From Mobula hypostoma (Eukaryota): 64,000 bases of DNA. The stretch is taken from NCBI RefSeq assembly GCF_963921235.1, contig NC_086097.1:143594001-143658000 (forward strand), given 5' to 3'. Under the pieces are notes generated by a model. The model was not told the DNA's origin. It was given only the letters and a program-made list of their open reading frames with translations, and searched no databases. Shown here in pieces: positions 1-13,200 of the stretch. The position numbers and the translations under genes were made by a program. How positions within the stretch are numbered: the first letter of the stretch is position 1; each line of letters starts with the position of its first letter.

Positions 1-432
1 TTCTTCCATCTCCCCCTTCTCTCTTTATCCATTCCCCATTCTGGTTTCCTGTTCACCCTTTCTCTTCTTACTTGCCCATCACCTTCATCTGATGCCCCTC
101 TTCCTTTCATGGTCCACTGTCCTCTCCTATTAGATTCCTTCTTCTTCAGCCCTTTACCTCTTCCACCTATCACTTCCTCAATTCTTACTTCATTTCCCCC
201 TCCCCCAGCTTCCTGCCTTTTCCCTTATCTGTTTTCACCTATCATCTTCCAGCTTCTTCCTCTCCCCACCTTCTTATCTTCTTCCTTCTTCCTTTCTATT
301 CTTGATGAAGGGTCTCAGCCTGAAACATCAAATGTTTATTCCTCTCCACAGGCGCTGCCTGATTTGCTGAGTTCCTCCAGCATTTTGTGTATGTTGCTCA
401 TGATTTCCAGCTTCCACAGAATTTCTTGTGTG
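1..432 (+). mobile_element. Penelope-like element 3' end (pyrimidine-rich tail + hammerhead-like terminal motif)
   Basis: Similar to 17160-17500; TTGATGA-AGGGTCTCAGCCT-GAAAC-ATC at about 302-329, then the family terminal motif GCTGAGTTCCTCCAGCATTTTGTG. Confidence 0.75.
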
Positions 433-771
433 TAGATGACCACACAACCTGTCATGACTACTTTACTATTTAATAAGATCATGGTTGAGTTTGTTAACTC
501 ATTGCTAATTGCACCAAAGACATTTTCTTTAATTCTTACAATGTTGAAAGACTTATTGAACTCTGTGTTGAATATATGTTGCAACAGCATCTACGTAGTT
601 CTCTTAGATCTAAAATGTCAAAGATTCATTCCACTTGTGGTGGAAAAAGTTCTTTCTTTCTTTCTTTTTTCATGGCTAATGCTGGGTTTAGAGACAGTGA
701 CAACTATTTCTAGGCTATATGGTCAGGGGAAACATCATCCCTCAATCTATCCTATTAAACCCCTTAAGAAG

Positions 772-975
772 ACACAAGCAATTCTGCAGATGCTACAAAT
801 CTTGATCAACACGCACAAAATTCTGGAGGAACTCAGCAGGTCAGTCTGCATCAATGGAGGGAATGTGCAGTTGACATTTCAGACTGAAGGAATGAAGGAT
901 CCCAGCCTGAAATGTTGATTACTCATTTCCCTCCATAGATGCTGGCTGCCCACTGCATCACTTAAGAATTTTATG
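772..975. mobile_element. Foldback Penelope-derived short element
   Basis: Inverted arms ATGGAGGGAA...TTGACATTTCAG / CTGAAATGTTGA...TTCCCTCCAT. Confidence 0.7.
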
Positions 976-1799
976 TTTCAAAGAGATTGCCATTCATTTT
1001 TTTGAAACTTAAAGGAATGTGGCTGAATGTTTTGCCTCTCTTCACAGAATAATTGACATTCAAGGAATCTTTGTTGCACTTCCTTTGTTGCAGATGTATC
1101 TGTTCAAAAGGAAGAGAGACCAGACTGTGCACAATATTGCAGGCTCTGCCTCACCAGGGCATATTTACTTTTGCACTTAAATTCTCTTACCATAAAGACC
1201 TATATAGTGTTTGCTCTAAATCCTTACTCTACCTGCAGTTTAGCTTTCAGTGATCCATGTACAGAGAAGTCCAGATTTGTCTGTACACCAGCACATTTCA
1301 ACCTTAATCCTGAATTGAAACTTGCTGGAACTGTGCGCTGGAGGCCAGATACCTTATTAATGTACCTATTTGAATTGGTGTAGGTCACTCACAAAGTTCA
1401 TGCTCACAAACTTACGAACAGGAATTTGGGCCCAGGTCAATGTTACCTGAGCCTCCCACTATCTGGTGCATGACATTGTGGCTCAATTTTTGTGAAGAGG
1501 CCTCACTTGTTGAAGTTAGCTGGTACTGATTGATGCCTTGTCTAACATGGTACAAGCACATTCACTGTCCGCACACACATGGCATTAACAGTGCTTTGTA
1601 TAGGTGCAGCATGAATATGCTTTACCAAGGTTCCTCAGATATAACGAGATCTATTTCTGCTTTTGATTTATTTTTGTCCATCCATGATTTGTTTACATGA
1701 ACCCTTTATTCCCTTTTTTTTTCCATCTTCTGTGAATTTAAAACTTTTTTTTGCCCCTCTCACTTTTGTTGACAGTTGCCTCTATTGAAACCTGTTAAC

Positions 1800-2560
1800 C
1801 ATAGTTTTAGATAAGTGAAGTGGATATGGCAAGTAGAATGTACTGTGAAAAATGTGAGGTCATCTATAAGGTAGTGAAATGGTGGTGTTTCTTTTAAATA
1901 GCAAAAGATTGACAGGTGTTAGTGTTCGGAGGGACTTTGCACAGGAATCACTTTGTAGGTTCAACAAGCAATTAGGAAGGCAAGTGTTAGGTTGAGTTTT
2001 ATCACAAGAGAATTGGTATAGAAAGGTGAAGACACCTTGCTCCTGGTAAGACTATATCTACAAGGTCTCTCTACTGAAGTGTAATAAATTTGTAATGGAG
2101 AAGGGTGGTGAAAGTACACAGGATTGTTTTCTGGGATGACAATTTGTTGCTAAAATGGCAATTAATTAGACCACATCTGTACTCTCTTGAGTTTGGAAGC
2201 ATGGGAGGTAAACTTATTGAAATATACAAACAATTTTAAGGAGATTGACAGCAGAGATGCAGAACTGATAATCACCGTAGCTGTAATGTCTAGAGCCAGA
2301 ACTCAGAGTCACTAAATAGAGGTGGCCCATTTATAATTTCTTCGTCGAGGTTGAGGTGAATCTTTAGAAGTCATGGACCAAGAGGATTGTGAAAGCTGGT
2401 TTATTGAATACAATCAATAAAGAAATTAATAGATTTTTAGATATTAGCGAACCAAAGGATGTGGAGTTATTTCAGAAAAGTGGCACAGAGATAATAGGCC
2501 ACCATAGTCATATTGAATAGAGAAGTAGACATGAGGAAGCAAACGATGGTTCTGTCTCAC
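1800..2560 (+). mobile_element. Old degenerate CR1 LINE 3' fragment
   Basis: Decayed similarity to the younger CR1 3' ends in this window (e.g. AAATGTGAGGTCATC); boundaries approximate. Confidence 0.6.
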
Positions 2561-2867
2561 ATCTCCTTACCTAATCTTTTAAGATTACAAGTATACTAAT
2601 ACTTGCACGTTGAGTATGCATTTTCAACCTTGTATAAGAGTAAGACAACATTTTCTAAGAAAGTTATAACAGTATACTGAATTCATCTCTTTTTTTTGCA
2701 ATGAAAATGCAAGCAAATGCACTTCATCCCACAACCAAATAATTCTGAATTGGTAGTCATCAACATGATTGATATCCTTCAGTTAACTTCAGGACTTTGG
2801 ATCCGGAAGCGTGGATTCAGTTTGCTACATTTTTGCCTTGGGAATTAAATTGAGTCCATTCATAGGA

Positions 2868-3363
2868 ACATAGAAACATAGAAAACCTACAGCACAATAT
2901 AGGCCCCTTGGCCCACAAAGCTGTGCCGAGCATGTCCTTACCTTAGAAATTACCTGGGCTCCGCACTAAACCCAGCAAATCCTCCATCATGTGGGTGGAT
3001 TATTTTGTGGGGGAAAGGTTAGCATCTACTGTCCAAAATGCCTGACCACTGCATTTTCTTATAAACACAAGATATTCTGCCGATTCTGGAAATTTTAATG
3101 ATTAACCTGGTTAGACCACACTTGGAATGTTGTGTTCAGTTCTGGTCACCTCTATTGGAAAGTAAAACATAGAAAACCTACAGCACAATACAGGCCCTTT
3201 ACCCCACAATGCTGTGCCGAACATGTACCTACTTCAGAAATTACCTGGGGTTACCTATAGCCCTCAATTTTTCTAAGCTCCATGTACCTATCCAGGAGCC
3301 TCTAAAGAAACCCTATTGTGTCCGCCTCCACCTCCGTCAGCGGCAGCCCATTCCACGCACTCA
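2868..3363 (-). mobile_element. Two short CR1 3'-end fragments (about 2868-2960, 3165-3363) flanking a + strand CR1 piece
   Basis: ACATAGAAAACCTACAGCACAATA.AGGCCC tail, shared with 36705-37605. Confidence 0.7.
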
Positions 3364-3602
3364 GGAGTAACACTTGAAGAGTGTTGAGGAGTTTTGTGAC
3401 GTCCTAGTTCTGTGAACCAAAATCCATATCAAAAAAACTCCTTTACATAGAAGGAAAAAGAAGAGTAATGTTGAGACATTTTTAAAATAAGATGAAATAT
3501 TTTTACTTGATTTTGCAGTGAGTGTGACAAGGGATGTTTTTGTTTGGGATCTAGAGTGTATACATTTCACACTGACCATTATGTGTAACTATTCCCTCAC
3601 AG

Positions 3603-3792
3603 ACGCCTTCACTGTACCAGGAACTACATCCACATCCATCTCTTTGTGTCTTTCATGCTCCGAGCAATCAGTACCTTTGTGAAGGACGCAGTGCTGTACT
3701 CAAAGACAGCTTTCTTAGATATGGAAGGGGTTGACTGGGCGAGCCTGAAATCTATAACTGAATCTCCTCCATCTCAGGACAAGTCTGAGTAT
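3603..3792 (+). CDS. PTH1R: PTH1R coding exon (ICL1-TM2-ECL1)
   Basis: AG at 3601-3602, GTAAGT donor at 3793. Translates [33 protein letters not shown]...[16 protein letters not shown], containing the class [14 protein letters not shown] motif. Upstream exons were not found in the window. Confidence 0.96.
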
Positions 3793-4950
3793 GTAAGTGC
3801 TGCCTTTTTCTGCGAGCAATTTCTTAAATTATACACAGTTAGATACCACTAATTCTTTATTCACTCCCAATGCTATTTTTCACTGGCAGTTCTCATTCCT
3901 TCCTTGGAGTAGCCATAATGCTCACAGCTGTCTCCCCGTGCTAGTCACAAAGTCATGTTAAAAAGTTAATAATCTTCTCTAAAACTACTAAATATTTTGA
4001 CAAGGTTCAATCATTGATGGGTATTAGAGGAAGGCTTGTGGATTTAATATGTCACCAAAATCAATTTTAAAATTTACCATTATTGACAAAGAATTCAAAT
4101 TCAATAAAACAAAAACATGGAAGGAAGGGGTTAATGCCAGTGACGATGACCACTAAGATGTCAGACAGCTTGCACCTTTTGGGGAAGGAAATCTTCCATC
4201 TCCCTTCTGTGATCCTTGGTTATCCTCTGCAATTACTTTACCAGTCATTTCATTGTATTGAAGGTTTTCATCACACCTCCAAGAGGGAAAAGTCCAAGTA
4301 TGAACCAGTTGCTGTGGTAACTAGGGATAACCCATAAATGCTAGCATATTTTAATACTAAATGGCAAGTAGCAAATTCTTGAGGTGAGATTTTCAATTGG
4401 AACCAGAGAGAATTTTGCAAACTGGTCACGTATACAGGACACAGACATCCAAATGTATTCCAGTTTGCATTGAACAGGTGGAGGAGACTTTCACCTTGTA
4501 GGGATCATTTTGAAACAACCCAACATCTTTATCAATCTAAGCAGCCATAAAGTGTTTTACAACCAGTCCACTGTACATTAATTCTCCAATTTACATTACC
4601 AAAGTTTGTCCTGGTCAATCACTTCCATGTCTGAGAGTTAGAATTCCACTGCATCACTTGCCCAATCACATATAGTAATTATTGCTCATTATTGATTATT
4701 TTTTTCATGAAACAGCAATAGAAAATGTGGAATGTGAGGATAAAGATTAGGATTGAGAATGAGTATATTTAAGTAATGTTGGTGATCCTGAATTATTAAA
4801 AGTGGGAAGTGTGTGAGAACTGAAGAGAATCGTGCATGTACATGTTTATCCCTAATTTTTCATCCTAACACATCACTGTAATTTCTATCAGCATTTTAGA
4901 GCAATAGCTAGCTGTTCCCTGCTGATAGATTTCTCCTTACTCTCCTCCAG

Positions 4951-5104
4951 ATTGGATGCAAGGTGGCTGTCATCATTTTCCTTTACTTTCTGGCTACTAA
5001 TTACTACTGGATTCTGGTCGAAGGCCTTTATCTCCATAGCCTCATCTTCATGACATTTTTTTCTGATAAGAAGTATCTCTGGGGCTTCACCTTAATTGGC
5101 TGGG
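4951..5104 (+). CDS. PTH1R: PTH1R coding exon (TM3-ICL2-start of TM4), 154 nt
   Basis: Pyrimidine tract + CAG, then [51 protein letters not shown], then GTAAGG. Confidence 0.97.
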
Positions 5105-5886
5105 GTAAGGTATCATTTTAAACAAACTTCATTCTCCACTGTTTGCTCTCTTCCCCCGTCTCCCCTGACTCTCTGTCTCCCTTCCTCCCCACTCCTCCAT
5201 CTATTAATTTGTTGTCTGAATGGTTTCATCTGTTTACAATTAGACAGTGTCCAAGTACATTTTAAGCATTCCTTAATAGACAGACATTCTCAACATGTGG
5301 TTTTCTCCATACCTTGGTGTAGATGTCTGAACAATACGAAAGAAATCCATCCCTTAGATAACCACTTACCTGAAAAAAACACTCAGGAAATATTTTTATC
5401 ATATCCAAGGTATTAGATGAGTGACAGAAAAGCTGTGTCACTGGTCTAGGATCCCCAATAAATATGAATGTGAGATACAGAACAGATAGAAACTGCATCC
5501 TCTGCATTGACAGTGGAGTTATTAACCTGTCAAATCATCATTACTAAAGTGCTACGTGTGTGGGAGGGCATGCCATACACATGAGGGAGTTAGTAAGGTA
5601 ACTATGACACAGGAGGAGGCCCATCAACTCCAAGCTGACTCCCAGCAGCTCAAACACATGTACCATTGACTCTGATCTCTTTATTTCCCTGAACCACCAC
5701 ATTGCATTACCAAATTCTGTGCTGGAATGAAGTCTGAGGCTCTGCAACAGGACTCGAGCCTCAGCACTTCTGTTAGAGTGATATAATTAATGAGTAACAG
5801 ATGAAACAAAAAAAAAGGAAACAGAAGGTAATGTCTTGCTCAGAATTTCTGTTTCATTAATTTTTTTGGTTGCTTTTAATCCGTAG

Positions 5887-5947
5887 GGGTCCCTGGTGTG
5901 TTTGTCGCAGCATGGACAAGTGTGAGGGCAACTCTGGCAGATACACA
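5887..5947 (+). CDS. PTH1R: PTH1R coding exon (TM4), 61 nt
   Basis: TAG acceptor, (G)VPGVFVAAWTSVRATLADT(Q), GTACGT donor; phase matches both neighbours. Confidence 0.95.
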
Positions 5948-7039
5948 GTACGTATGGAGGCCTTACCACCTTGGGTAGCGATTTTCTGTGGCAAGTTTGT
6001 ATATATAAAATAGAGCGCAAGCAGAAATGACGTAAGGTAACTCGTGCAGTCCTTCAACTTGCTCAGTAAGACTACTTCTAATTACTTTTCCCAATTCAGC
6101 ATCACATCTTGAATTTAGGAGCAGGCTATCTAAACCTTCATCAACTGAATAATGGTTAATTTGAATATCACTTCCATTTAATTGCTTTTAGTGTTTGACA
6201 AAAATCTGTCAATCTCACTCCTCAATTGATCTATTATCAGCCTTTTGAAGGAAAATATTCTTGATTATACTTGACGATATTTTTAATGAAAAATTGGCCT
6301 TGTAATGCACTCATAAATGGTTTGGACTTGAATTTAAAATTCATGAGATTAAAGAATTAGGATTTTTAATATTGCCAAAAAATGCAGATCGATTTAAGAT
6401 TGCAAATCTTCCTGATATCAGGAAAGGATCAGTAAGGAATATAGGAAAGCAAGCAGGATAAAAACGACTGTAAAAGCTTCTGTAGATTAGATTAGATTAT
6501 GAGGATACGCAGTCCTCTTTTATTGTCATTTAGTAATTTAGATATGTGAAAATGAAAAGGTTAGAAAACATTAAAATGAGTCTCTTAAAGACTGAGACTA
6601 AAGAAATTATATTGAGGAAAAAGGAACCAGTAAAGACATTAAATCTTCATGAAAGAAGATGCAGAAGGCCTGCCAGAAGTAGCAGAAACAATAGGCATAG
6701 AGTGAATGAGGAGCTGGATAAAAGTAACATTATTTAAAAAGAAACATTAATGAAAAACTAATGGGAGTGATAGTCAGTAAAATCCCATCATCTTGTAGCA
6801 TGAGCCTAATGATTTGCAAGATTTGGCTCTGGAGATAAGGAGTGCACTGGTTGTCATCTTCTAAATTTCCAAGGGGCCTCGAACTCTTCATGCTATTAGG
6901 AATATATTGGATCATGCAGCCCAGCTATTTACAATCTATGTCACTGATTTGATAAGGGGATTTTGTGTAATAAATTTGAGTTTACAGAGCTAAACAGGAT
7001 GATACTGTGAATCATGAGATCAAGACTAACCAGCATTGA

Positions 7040-9132
7040 CTGTACTAGTGGCACCTTCATCCCTGAAGTTCTAAAGAACTTTTATGCATGCTTCGAGGCA
7101 TGCATGAATGACTCTAGAAAGTCAACCCCAGAAAGGCTGTGGGATACAGGCCGAGTACTCAGGGAGTTCACACCGGGGATGGACATCTTCAAAACCTCCC
7201 TCATCCAGGATGCTTATCCTGCGTGTTTCAAATCAGCCACCACTATCCCCATACCAAAGAGCTCTACACTTTCAGAACCAAATAACCGCTGCATGGCGGC
7301 ACTGATGCCAATCATCATGAAGTGCTTTGATTGGCTGGTAATGGCACACCAGAAACTACATTCCTGTCACACTGGGCACTGGCCACTGGCCAATACGCTT
7401 ACCGACAGAGCCGGATACCGTAGCATTTGGCACCTGGCCTTGACACGCCTAGAAAACAAGGACATGATGTCAGAATGCTGTTTCTGGATTTCATTTGGGC
7501 ATTCAACACTGTTGTCCCACAGACCTTGGTGAGCAAACTCCTACTCCCCAATCTAAATACACCACAGTGCAGCTGGGTGTTGGACTTCCTAACCAATGGA
7601 GCTCAGGTAGTCAGGATACACAACTGCAACTCCCTCCCCATCATCCGCAACACTGGTTCCCCCCCAGGGCTGCTTGCTAAACCTGTTGCTCACATATGAC
7701 TGTGTGGCCAAGCACTTGAGTAATGGCACTGTCAAGTTTGCTGATGATAAGACCGTGCTGGGGCTCATCACCAACAACGATGAGACGCCCTACAGAGAGG
7801 AGGTGGATGAGCTCGAGACCTGGCGCCAGGCAAATAACCTGTTCCTCAATGTCAGCGAGGCAAAGTTCAAGTTCAATTTATTGTCATTCGACCGTACACA
7901 TCTATCCCTCCAAACAAAACAACATTCTTCCGGACCAAGGTACACAACTCAGTACATATAACTCACGTACACAGCACATAAGGTAGATTAACTAATGATA
8001 AGGTGCATTTACAGCACAAGTTTAAAAAGTACACTGTATAATGCTACTGGCGCTTCCTACATGATGAGACCTTGGTGGTGGCAAGGAGTTTAGTTGTCTT
8101 ACGGGCTGAGGGAAGAAGCTGTTCCCCATCCTGACAGTTCTTGTTCTGATGCTATGATACCTCCTCTCTGATGGTAGGAGGTCAAAGAGATTGTTGTATG
8201 GATGGGAGCGATCATTGATAATGCTAAGGGCCCTGTGTATGCAGCATTTCTGATAAAGATTTCTGATGGTTGGACGAGAGACCGCAATGATTCTCTCAGC
8301 AGCCCTCGCAATACTTTGAAAGGCCGTGCAGTCAGATGTCGTGCAATTCCCATATCAGGTGGTAAAGCAGCTGCATCGGGATACTCTCGATGGTGCTCCT
8401 GTGAAAATTGTTTGGAATGGAGGGGGATGGGGAACCAGTCTCACCTCAAACTCCGCAGGAAGTAGAAAAATTGCTGTGCTTCCTTGATCAAAGAGTTGGT
8501 TATTAACTTCAGGAGAACTTGCAGCACCTGCATCTCTCTTTATATCGACAGCACAGCAGTGGAAACTCTGAGCATTTTCAAACTCCTAGGAGTGCACATC
8601 TTACACAATCTCTCATGGTCCCAGAACACATCCTACACAATCAGGAAAGCTTGGAAAATGCCTCTACTTTCTGAGGAGGCTAAAGAGAACTGAGCTAAGT
8701 GCATCTATACTCACATCCTTCTGCAGATGTGCAGCAGAGAGCATCTTAACATGCTGCATCACTGCAGGGTACGGAAACTACACTGCAGCAGACTGGAAAA
8801 CTCTACAATGGGTAGTCAAAACTGCCCAACACATTACTGGCACCATCAGGACATATATACGGAAAGATGCCAGAAAAGGGCCAGTAACATCATGAAGAAT
8901 CCCATCCAGCCTGTTCATGGACTGTTTGTCCCACTCTCATCAGGGAGGAGACTACATAGCATCCATGTCAGACTCAATAAACAGTTACCTTCCCCAAGGC
9001 AGATCAACACCTCCACCCCTCCACATGCCCCACCACTAGTTTATCATTTTCTGTCAAAGTCAGTAACAATTATTTTGTCCTCCTTTACACTGGTGTACTG
9101 GAAATGACATTAAACAATTTTGAATCTTGAAA
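7040..9132 (+). mobile_element. Rex1/Babar-like LINE, frameshifted RT, interrupted by an antisense Rex1-like 3' end (about 7862-8482)
   Basis: RT motifs FKSATTIPIPK, IMKCF, VRMLFLDF..AFNT, KFADD.TVLGLITNNDETPYREEV; resumes as KELVINFRR at 8484; tail TTGAATCTTGAA. Confidence 0.82.
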
Positions 9133-9187
9133 CTAGGGCTCTCAAGTCTATCCCACCACCCAAAGTGACCCTGGCTGATCTTCAGAA

Positions 9188-9870
9188 GCAGAATCAGGTT
9201 TAATATCACTGACATATATCGTGAAATGTGTTAACTTTGCGGCAATGGTACAATGCAATGCATAATAATAGAGAAAAAGAACTGTGAATTACAGCAAGTG
9301 CACGTGTATTAAATAGTTAAATAGGTAGCGCAAAGAACAGAAATAAAAAAGTAGTGAGGTAGTGTTTATGGGTTCAATGTTCATTCGGAAATCGGATGGC
9401 AGAGGGGTCGAAGCTGTTCCTGAATCATTGAGTGTGAGTTTCCAGGCTCCTGTCCCTCCTCCCTGACGGTAACAATGGGAAGCGGGCTTTTGAGGCCTCA
9501 CTCCTTGACAGTATTCTGGATGTTACGGAGGCTAGTGCCTATGATGGAGCTGACTAAGTTTACAAATCTCTGCAGCTTACTTCAATCCGGTGCAGTAGGA
9601 CCCCCACCTCCCATACCAGATGGTGATGCAGCCAGTTAGAATGCTGTCCATGGTACAGCTGTAGAAATTTCAGTGTGTTTTGGGTGAAGTGCCAAATTAC
9701 CTCAAACTCCTAATGAAATATAGCCACTGCTGTACCTTCTTTGTAGCTGCATTCATATGTTGGGCCCAGTTTTCGTCCTCAGAGATATTGACCAGGAACT
9801 TGAAACTGCTCACTCTTTTCACTTCTGATCCCTCTGTGAGGACTGATGTGGTTTCCCTTATCTTACCCAT
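9188..9870 (-). mobile_element. Rex1-like LINE 3' fragment
   Basis: AGAATCAG tail; similar to 53708-54365. Confidence 0.7.
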
Positions 9871-11055
9871 CCACAGTCGAGACTTAACTCATCTTCTGTG
9901 CCAGTTTCATGCGGAGCTCAGTTCCCCAGTCTTTCAAGTGTGTATCTGTCTTCTCTTTCAATATCTCCAGCAAACTAACTTCCATCAGAACAGAGAGTTC
10001 AAGAAATTCACCATCTTCTGCAAATAGAAATTGGTTTATTATTGTCACATATATCATGGTACAGAGAAAAGCTGTTTTATGTGCTGTTCATATAGATCAA
10101 ATCATCACACCATGCATTACTCAGTTGTAAATGACTGAATCTTTATCTTGAAAGTATATTTCCTCACTCGAGACTCTTCCACTAGAGACCATTGAGACTG
10201 TGAAATATGTTCTTACATTCAGTTAAAAACAATGCTGGACTTCCACCTTACCTCCTATATTGTAGTGGCCCAATAGGATTTCACAGGTTTTAATAAAATT
10301 AGCCCTCATTCTTCTAAACCCAAAAAATACAGAGCTTTTAGGTCTTTATGATAGAACAAGCATCTCGTCCTTGGAATGAGGGCAGTCAGTCTTTTCTGCA
10401 CTGTCAATATGTACAATATGTCCTCACTTAAATAGAGGGGCTGAAACAGCACACAGGTGTGGCCATACCAACACTCTGTACAATTGTAGGGTGTAGGGAA
10501 ACTTAAAAATCATAAAAACAAGTAACAGGACAAAGGCAATGGCAGATGGAACATAATGAGGGAAAATATGAGCTCAACCACAGGCTGGAACAGCTAGAAT
10601 AGTAGAATATTTTTTAAATGGTGAGAGATTGAAACTCAGTCACTGAATATATTTGGGATAGTGATTTTTTTAAAATGCGTTTTTAGAGACTTGGAATATA
10701 TAGCACAACAGAGGATTACATGTGGAATTTACTGAAACTCTGTGTAATTCACCTTCCTCCAAGCCAAATTCCAAAATTTATGAGATAACTTCCATTAACC
10801 AACCACTTTGATTATTTTTGTACTTGTACAGTAATGATAATTGCTTTGTATATCCGGATACATAGAGCATACAGAATTTGTCGGATTTTAGAACACAGAA
10901 GCCATTCAGCAGACTCATTCCCAGATTGTGAAAACTGATGTATCAAATTTCTCACTGTTTTTGTCAAGCTAATGAAAATATATACAGGAATTATAGATAA
11001 TTGTTTCTTATATTGCATCTAATGATATTCTTCCTCTTTTTTTTTACCCCAATAG

Positions 11056-11122
11056 GTGCTGGGATCTAAGTGCTGGAAACTTAAAATTGATTTATCAATT
11101 ACCTATTCTGGCTTCAATATTG
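11056..11122 (+). CDS. PTH1R: PTH1R coding exon (ECL2-TM5), 67 nt
   Basis: TAG acceptor, [28 protein letters not shown] donor. Confidence 0.95.
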
Positions 11123-11227
11123 GTGAGATATAATAAATTTGCCTTCCTCCCCTTAGGATCTAACTCCATTCTGCAAACTTCTGTGTTATCACATTTTTCT
11201 GGTTTCACATTTCTCCTCTTTTTTCAG

Positions 11228-11322
11228 GTGAACTTCATGCTTTTTATCAATATTATCAGACTTCTCGCCACCAAACTGAGAGAGTCCAATGTCGGAAGGT
11301 GTGATACCCGTCAACAGTACCG
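11228..11322 (+). CDS. PTH1R: PTH1R coding exon (TM5-ICL3), 95 nt
   Basis: CAG acceptor, [31 protein letters not shown](R), GTAAGC donor. Confidence 0.96.
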
Positions 11323-12070
11323 GTAAGCTCTAGGGTTTTGGTAGAACAGGCCCTTCTGAAAAGTGGTGTTTAATGTAGAAACGGAAATGGACAAGGAGGC
11401 CCTCAACGTTTTTTCAAATTAAGACACCTTATTAGATCAATATTCATTTATCTATTGCTACCATATTTGGCTTGACAATACTTGAAATATTAAAGAAACT
11501 TTGTGCTTTATCTATGCTAGCAACAAAATGTTTGATGGGACATTAAAGAGGTAGTTTTATCCTAACATTTACTTTACAGTTTCTTGCACCACTTCTTGAT
11601 AAAACCTCTACTTTGTAGTTCCCAACCCATTGTCAATTCTAAAATCACTGATTACATTTGAACTTCAAACTTGGCACGTAATCTATTTCTTATCTGAGCC
11701 TTCCGAGATCCTTCCATTTTCATGTAGCTGAATAGGCGGTCAAGGCCTCAATTCAGATGAAAGGTATCAACCCAGGAATCAAAGTCTGTCTCTCTTTCTA
11801 CAAATGTTGCCTGACCTACTGTGTATTTCCAGCATTTTCATTTTTTTTTTGTCTCAGGTTTTTGTTTTGTGTGTTTTGTCTGGAGCGACTCCTGCAACAA
11901 TGTTCGGCAAATTTAAGGTGGTTAACCTTCTTGCTTGTGAATTGGAAAATAACATGTCCAAGAACTGCTTCAGCCACTAATGGAAGCTGTGATGGAGAGT
12001 GATTGTCGCTGTAATCTGTAAAATATGAAATTAAATGGAAATATCTCATCTGAGCTATTTTTAATTGCAG

Positions 12071-12212
12071 GAAGCTGCTGAAATCGACTTTGGTCCTGTC
12101 ACCTCTGTTCGGAGTACACTACATTGTCTTCATGGCAATCCCTTATACTGAGGTGTCCGGGATTCTCTGGCAAATCCAGATGCATTATGAAATGTTCTTT
12201 AATTCCTCTCAG
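12071..12212 (+). CDS. PTH1R: PTH1R coding exon (TM6-ECL3-TM7 start), 142 nt
   Basis: CAG acceptor, [53 protein letters not shown] donor. Confidence 0.97.
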
Positions 12213-12221
12213 GTAATTATA

Positions 12222-13200
12222 GTCATAGCGTCGTCCAACATAGAAACAGGCCCTTTGGCCCATGATATCCATGCCAACATTTTTGCCCAGTGACAATAAT
12301 CCCATTTGCCTGCATTAGTTCTCTGTCCTTCTATGCCTTGCCTTTTTAAATGCCTGTCTAAACAACTCTTTAAATGTAGTGATTTGATACGATTTCATCA
12401 CCTCCTCTGGCAGCAAGTTCCCGATTTTTTGCGTAAACAACTTTCCCCTTTAAAAATCCTTCCTCTCAATTAAACCAATGCCGTTTTGCTTTTAACACCA
12501 GATTCAGGGCAAAAGGATCTGCCTTTTCTGTGCTTCTTATGGTTTTTAAAAACTCTTATCAATTCACTCTTTAGCCAACTTCATTCAGGGAATAAAAAAA
12601 GAACAACCAATCCAATCTCTCTCCATAACTAAAATCCTCCAATCCAGGCAACATCCCAGTGAATCAGCTCTGCACTCTTGCCAGTACATTCTGATATTTC
12701 CTATAGAGTAGTGATGAGAACCCCATGCAAAATTCTCAGTGCATTTGGACCTGTGTTTTGTGCATTTGCTTATGATATTCCAGCTTTCATTTTCCATGCG
12801 CCAAATTATGATGGTGAGCATGCCACATGTCGTCTTCACCACTCTATCTCCCAGTGTCATCACTTTCAGGAAATTATGGACTTGAACCCCAAGGTCTCTC
12901 CATCCACCTTAGTGCCTTATCATGCTCCACTCCAATTTGACTTCCTATATTGCATTGTCTTGCATTTGCTGGAATTAAATTCCATCTTCAATTCTCTGAC
13001 CAACTGCCTTTTTGCTCTATATACCTCCGTACCATTTTACAAATTTTGTGCCATGTGCAAACTTCATAATCATACCATTTACATTTACATCTAACAAACA
13101 AAAGAAGTCCCAATGCTAATCCCAAACATCATAACATCACAGAATTCCAAACAGGAAGAACTCTTCCACTACCACCGTCTGTCTCCTGCTGGCTCTGTAA
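12222..13200 (-). mobile_element. Degenerate CR1 LINE 3' fragment
   Basis: ACAGGCCCTTTGGCCCA 3' motif and decayed ORF2 C-terminal similarity (ATCCAGGCAACATCC). Confidence 0.65.

Noticed and set aside
109..918. 108-aa and 160-aa ORFs as upstream PTH1R exons
   Set aside because: They overlap low-complexity Penelope tail and decayed repeats; no TM1 or extracellular-domain motifs.
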